From positions 69,876,001 to 69,940,000 of the forward strand of contig CM059438.1 of the NCBI GenBank assembly GCA_030390025.1: a stretch of 64,000 nt of DNA. The letters are read 5' to 3'. Origin of the DNA: Squalus acanthias. Lineage: Eukaryota. Of this stretch, positions 58,150 to 64,000 are shown one piece after another; positions within the stretch are counted from its first letter, which is position 1, and each line of letters opens with the position of its first letter. The notes under the pieces are model-generated. The model did not search any database. It was given only the letters and a program-made list of their open reading frames with translations, and was not told the origin of the DNA. Made by a program: the position numbers and the translations under genes.

Positions 58150-60684
58150 TAAGTCTCTGGAGTGGCACTTGAAACCACAACCTTCAGGCTCAACGAGTTG
58201 TGAATGCTACCCACTGAGCCTTGGCTGACACTAATTTTGAACGATAACTACATGCCTTCATTCAGTGTTATAGTGGGGTTGTCAGCTTTTTTTGGAGCTG
58301 CTGGTCAACTATTGCTTGGCATGTGTGGCACTTTCAGGAGTATACGTTGATAGAGTAATCTAATGGACATAGCGGGACATATTTGACATACGTTGGCGCT
58401 GGGCACAGTGAGGGGCGAGGGGAGGGAACAGCTAGGTGAGGACACACTGATTCCCCTACCTTGTCTTGGGTTGTTGGGTTGGGTCAGGTCATTATTTTTG
58501 TGTTGCTTGAAGCAGAAGATGGTGTATTCCAGTTTCCCTTACATTCCAACTGGGACAATATTTCAAAAGCAATTAATTCGCTGCAAACCATTTTGGGACA
58601 TCGAAAGGTGCCATATAAATGCAGATTTTCTTTCTTTCTTTCTATCCATCTATCAGTCTGCCCCTCCTTCTGAGGGAGTGTGCTGTCTTGTTGGGCCGAC
58701 TGCCAGCATGGGGTCTTGGCTTGCGCAAATCTTTTGTGATACTCCTTTAGCAAGTGCTTGGCCCATTCCATAAAAAAAGGATTTACTTTCATGAATATTC
58801 ATATGGAAGATCCAGACGGGCTGTATTCTGTCTTCAACATTGTACACATAAATCCACAACAGAGATTAACTCAAGTGACACAAACTTCAGCCACGCATTT
58901 TCTGGGTATGAAACAGTTTGTTTACACAATCCAGAGAGCAAGACAGTGCTGTGGATTCAATTGCCACACATCTGGCAATAACATATCAGCTTAACAACTC
59001 CTAAGCACTCCAGTCACCATACATAACCTTATTTGCTGTTTATCGGCATCTTTATGTCTTGGTTTAACAAGACTAATTACAGCTGTATTCTGAACGCCAA
59101 CAGACACAGTTTGTAGATCATCCAACTGTATAATCTTGCAGTTGTATTCCAACTTCCATGCTTTGTATGGGACAGTGAGGTCTCTGAATCCAAAGTTTAT
59201 GTTTTCATTGACTGTTAGTTTTGGTGCCACCTAGTGGCTTGGAAGAATACCTCCTATTTGGTTTATTGAGAAAACTTAAGGAAGATGGTCCTCCAAGCTG
59301 CGTGGTTGAAGTTATGTTATTCTGTGCAGTTTTCCTTTTATTGAAGTAAGATGTTGTGAGTTTATTTTTATTTCTGTTATTCCTTTAAAGGAGAAGTCAA
59401 GGTCAAGCTGACAGTGAATGCTCCTTAGCCAAGAGTGTGCAAAATGACCTTTTGATATGTGTTGGCATCTTGCAGTGCCTTCCTTGACAAAAGCTCTTCT
59501 TTAAGCCATGAACACCAATGAATTGGTCCAGGAATTTTGAGACAGAATCAAAATTTGAATGCATTTTGGATAGTTAGGTCTTTTAAATATAAACAATGGC
59601 AGAGAGGCACAGAAGGGCAGTGCCATTTTCCTCTGGTGCAAAGCTTTTACGGTTTTCGGGAGTTTTTATACAATTGGAATTGTTTCATTTTCAGCATGAG
59701 AGATGTTGGGCTTTATTACTGTTTTGTGATCTGATTGCTGCTTTGTATATTTTATCATGGGATCCATTCTTGGTTCTCCCCTCTTTGCCATTTACATGCT
59801 ATCCTTGATGATATCATCTGGAAGCATGGGATGAGCTGTGCCTCCTCCATCAATCCAAAGGCTCTCGCTGCATTCTCCGGGTGCCTGCCAGACATCAAGA
59901 CCTGGATGAGCTAATGGTTGTCAAAAGGAAAGCCATCTTTTTTTGGCTTCCACCACCAACTTTTTGCCTTTTGGCCTTGACTACATCAATCTTACCAGCT
60001 GCCACCTTTTTTGTGTCCAGTCCTTGCCAGTCTCGTGCAGGCTGTGTCCATCTTCCTATTGGCAGCTACTGGATTTATATAAATTTCAGATTCAGAGGGT
60101 CCAATATTTTACTTCATCTGAATCAGAGAGAATCACAGTCACTGCCCAAAATTAAAGTTGAACACAGCAGGATAGCTGCAACTTTACTGACTGTTCAGGA
60201 GTAAAACTGGGGCTTGGGAATTATTTTCATGCATCAGGGAATTGCCACAAATTTGCTTCTATCAGTATTGTACAGACGAGGATTTGACTTTGCACAAAGC
60301 AAAAGAACTGACATTATCTCAAGACAAAAACATATTGGGGACATTGTATCTTCATCCAAGTGGAACACGTGCTGAGTTTCCTCGGCTATCTCACTGTGCC
60401 ACAAAATGTGAATTAATCCTACATGAGCTACACCCACATAAGATTATTTGTGCTTATAGAATTTACAAGCATGCAGATGTTAAATCCTTAGAGTTTTTTG
60501 TAGGTTTCAGACTTCACTGCTATCGACGACCTTAAAAGCAGCAAAGACCTTCAAATTCACCAGGTTACCTATCCCAACTAAAGTTCCTCCTCTCCTCCAT
60601 CCCCCACACAAAAATATCTCCCATAAAACAAAAAGCTGCAAGCAGTCTAAATCCCACACCATAAAATGTTCCCAGTAACATCTA

Positions 60685-62421
60685 GGGATGGATTTTACCA
60701 ACCTCGGCAGGCGACATTGGTGGCGGGTCCCGGCCTCGCTGGCGGCTCCAGCCCGCTGTCCAAAATGATTTTCCCCTGATTGGGCTTGTTAAGCCCACCC
60801 GGCGTGTTTGCCAGCCAATTGAAGGAAGTGGGTCTGATGATGTCATTTGATGACGTGTCATCAGCCGGTTCTCCTTAAAGGGACCAACATTTGTGTTGTC
60901 AGTGTTCTGCAGCATTGAGGTGCTGCAAACACTGACAAGCACTGCACAAAGGTGCACGGCTGCACCCAGGCTCCCCCATTACTCCCTCCATATGCTTATG
61001 GAGGGAGTCACAGCACACCGGGAGGTTCTCTTCCCTTCCAATGGGCGGAGGAGACCTCCCCAGGAGACCAACATAGCCTGGTTGCACATTGCACAGGAGG
61101 GCACAAGCAGGGATGTGGTCAGGAGGATCATGCTGCAGTGACGCAAACCTTTCAATGATCTCAGTAGATCACGAAACGTTAGTACAAAGCCACACTCAAC
61201 CTCATCCTGCTGTGCCACTCAACACATCCCCATCACTCTGCCTTCCCTACCCTACTCCTGCACATCCTTACTCACACCAACTTACCTTGCACCTCCTCCC
61301 ATCCCTCTCTATCTGTATTATCACATCCCCATCTCACTAGCCACCCCTCACACTCATCCTCATCCTAGTGCAATCATGCCAACTAACAACACACAAGGAT
61401 AGGCACTTGGGTGTTTTATGCAATTTTCATGTAAAGTTTCTGTTAATGTGTTGTCAAACATTGAAAACTTTATTTTGAACACTTTGTGTTCTTGGACAGA
61501 TCTGTGTGCACCTTTGGAAGTGGTTTAGTGAGTTGCAGTGAATGGTGCGACATAATGTTCCCCCCCAAGGGTGATAAGTGTGAAAGGAATGGCTTCGGCA
61601 TTGTAGGGATCCTTTATGGTGTTGGTGTGGGGTGGTGTCAACCTGGCGCATCATGTGGCAGCCAGGGTGTACAGCCTCAAGTGAAGTAAATCTGGCTATG
61701 GTGAGGCCATCCCTGGCCTCCCGGGCAGCAATGTGGTCGGGTGCTGATTCCCTGTGTCCTGTGCAGCATCAGGCGGTTGAGAAGAAGATTGGCGGTCTTG
61801 TTGTTGGTTCTGCTGGTGTTGCGGCTGATCATGGTCAGATTCTGAGAACCAAGGTGAGACAGTATAAACTGTACCCATTCTGATGTAATAGATGGCAGGT
61901 GAACTTGAGATGACAGAGGCGATCTGTCAGTGGTGAGAAAGGTTGTTCCAATGAGGTGACACTAGATAGAGAGTTTGTTCCAAACACTTGCAACCAGCAT
62001 AAAGCTGAATCTGTCTTCCAAATGCAGTAAGCAACAGCTTCTGAACTTGGAAAGTGAACATCTGAGAGATGGGAGCTTTCATAGCACATTTGCAACTGTC
62101 AAGTAATGAGATGATTCCATGGCCCTTCAACTCCCGCCCTGCTTACCTGACATGATCCCCAACCTGGTAAACTCTGAAGGTGAGCTGAAAATAGTTCTTA
62201 ATGTTCTGTTAACAAGGCCATAATGACCTTAATTGCCTCCCCCGCCGCTGCGTGTCGGGTCTGCTCAGCGCTGACAGACCCGACATTTGGGAAAGGCATG
62301 TGGCGGCGGGTTAACAGTGGGGTCCCGACCCGCTGTCAAAAAAAAAACATTTTCCCACCCGACCCCGCCACTGATCGCGCCCGCTGACCGCCCCCCCCCC
62401 CTCCCCCCGGAAAATTCCCCC
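60685..62421 (+). mobile_element. Second copy of the non-autonomous Harbinger with Myb/SANT exon
   Basis: Starts gggatggatttt and ends aaaattccccc. 60958-61161 reads AAPRLPHYSLHMLMEGVTAHREVLFPSNGRRRPPQETNIAWLHIAQE...LQ*RKPFNDL. Collinear in inverted orientation with 19811-21578. Confidence 0.85.
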
Positions 62422-63584
62422 GCCCCGCCACTTGTTTCAGTTTTGAGAATTTGTCAAGCGTTTCTTTTTTTATTCCCCTGCCCCCAGATTCAGGCAAGAA
62501 CATGGACTTCAGGCGCAGATCTTCTGCTTCAATGCTTGGGCATCAAGCATCGCATGAGTGGTGTGTACAGAGGATTTTTGGATGGGGAGGATTGCAAGCC
62601 TGTGATGCAACCCACCTACCTTTCTGTCCACTAATATAATATGGATGAAAAATTGAACGGCTTCCATTCTGGAAATATTGGTCTCCTCACCTGATTATTC
62701 TATTTATGCTCCACCGTGCGATGCCTGACGACCGAACACTAAAGAGGGAAGTCTGCAAATGGATCGAACTTATCAGCTTCACAAATGACCAATCCTTTCA
62801 GTGCACTGAGGACCTCAATGTTTTATTTACATTACATGTTTATTTAATGAAGGTATAATTCACCTCGAATGGCCATATGAGAGCTCGAGAATAGCAGCAG
62901 TGGAGACAGACATCAGTTTGACGAGCATTGCAATTGCTTCCTGTTTTGAGCTGAAAATTTAGGTCATTTGAAAATAATTTCTGTGTTAACTACTTATGAC
63001 AAGGTTATAAATCACATATGTGCAATTTGAAAATAAAAGGTCAGTGCAATTATTAGGGACTACAGAAAGAAGACACCAGGGTGAGGAGACATGTTGAATC
63101 TACGAGAGCAGCATGTCTGAATGAAGAACAGTTTTTATTCCAATCCAAGTCTGTTCTAATAGAACCGTCACACAATTGCAGGGACAAATTGCAAGTGGTG
63201 GAAATCCTTTTATATTCCTCTAATTTCTCGTATTAAACGAATGTTTGTGTGCGCACTTGGACCACCTTTTCATCAGTAACAGTTTGAATGAGGTAGATTT
63301 TTTTTTTAATGCACACATGTGGCATTCTATAGCATGCAAAGCTTCACTGAAATGCAGAGCCTGAGTAGCGTAGGATACAAGAGAATGGGTGAAATTGTGG
63401 GTCCATTGGGAAGTTATGACTGGAGCCTGATCTGAGGCAATTGGGAAATGTTTTATTGACTGTAGCATATCTTTGCAATTGGCTTGATAATTAGACAGTT
63501 GTTGGTTTACTATAATTTTCACATCAGATTGTATCAATTTATGTGGTTATCAGTTCCTCTGGTAAGTAAGCGTAGTAACATCAT

Positions 63585-64000
63585 TGCCCGGATTTTTGCT
63601 CTCAACGGCGAAGGCACGGCTTTTGCTGTTCAGCTCACTGATCGTTGCCCAGAGACTGTTGGTGGGCTTGTCAGTGGAGATTTCTACTAATTGGACGGCT
63701 GATCCAGTGTGGCGCCCTCTACAGGGGATCTGTGGTGTCTGAACAGAGCAAGCAACAGCGAGGCTCTTCAAGCAATCAGATTGAAGAATTCTCACTGCAA
63801 CATGCAGAGTCTAAACCAGGAAGTAAAAAACAGGAAATATAAATTAAATTTAAAAATATGTACAGGAAGCAAAATAAAGATTGGGATATACAGATGGAAT
63901 TAAGCAAGAGAGAGCGATAAAAGAGACAAACAGAAAAACAAAAATTATTTTAACTTTAAAAAAAAATCTCCAACATTAATTTTCTTCTGAGGGTGTGAGA
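63585..64000. mobile_element. Harbinger-like MITE (family of 1286-1998), cut by the window end
   Basis: gcccggatttttgc terminus; shared aaataaagattggga.atac and agagagcga motifs. Confidence 0.5.

Larger units (their letters stand above)
55245..58232 (-). mobile_element. Deu-domain SINE split into 55245-55630 and 58151-58232 by a composite insertion
   Basis: ttttgtgctt|aagtctctggagtgg rejoins the motif seen intact at 42415-42432 (ttttgtgctcaagtctct). Confidence 0.75.

Overview
Vertebrate genomic DNA, most likely a shark or other cartilaginous fish. This is inferred from the repeat set: CR1 LINEs, Deu-domain SINEs, Penelope-like elements with hammerhead ribozymes, Harbinger MITEs, L2 and RTE. 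The window is almost all intron of a large + strand gene. The only host exon I could identify is a 105-bp phase 1-1 exon at 43366-43470 whose translation closely resembles astrotactin-2 (ASTN2). Nearly all long ORFs in the track are retrotransposon ORFs or their antisense shadows. The most striking structure is a very young 3.1-kb Neptune-type Penelope-like insertion inside a CR1, built as a near-perfect inverted repeat (1466-bp arms, 144-bp spacer, 12-bp TSD) with a minimal hammerhead ribozyme near each outer end. The same architecture recurs in miniature at 41989-42208 (14-bp TSD) and in decayed form near 37630. Other notable items are a 2.5-kb CR1-unique-CR1 composite that splits a SINE exactly, Harbinger derivatives with 3-bp TSDs and a retained Myb/SANT exon, a CR1 family with a doubled 3' end, a CR1 copy with a splice-like in-frame deletion, and a solo LTR. 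Family assignments come from recalled motifs, not database searches.
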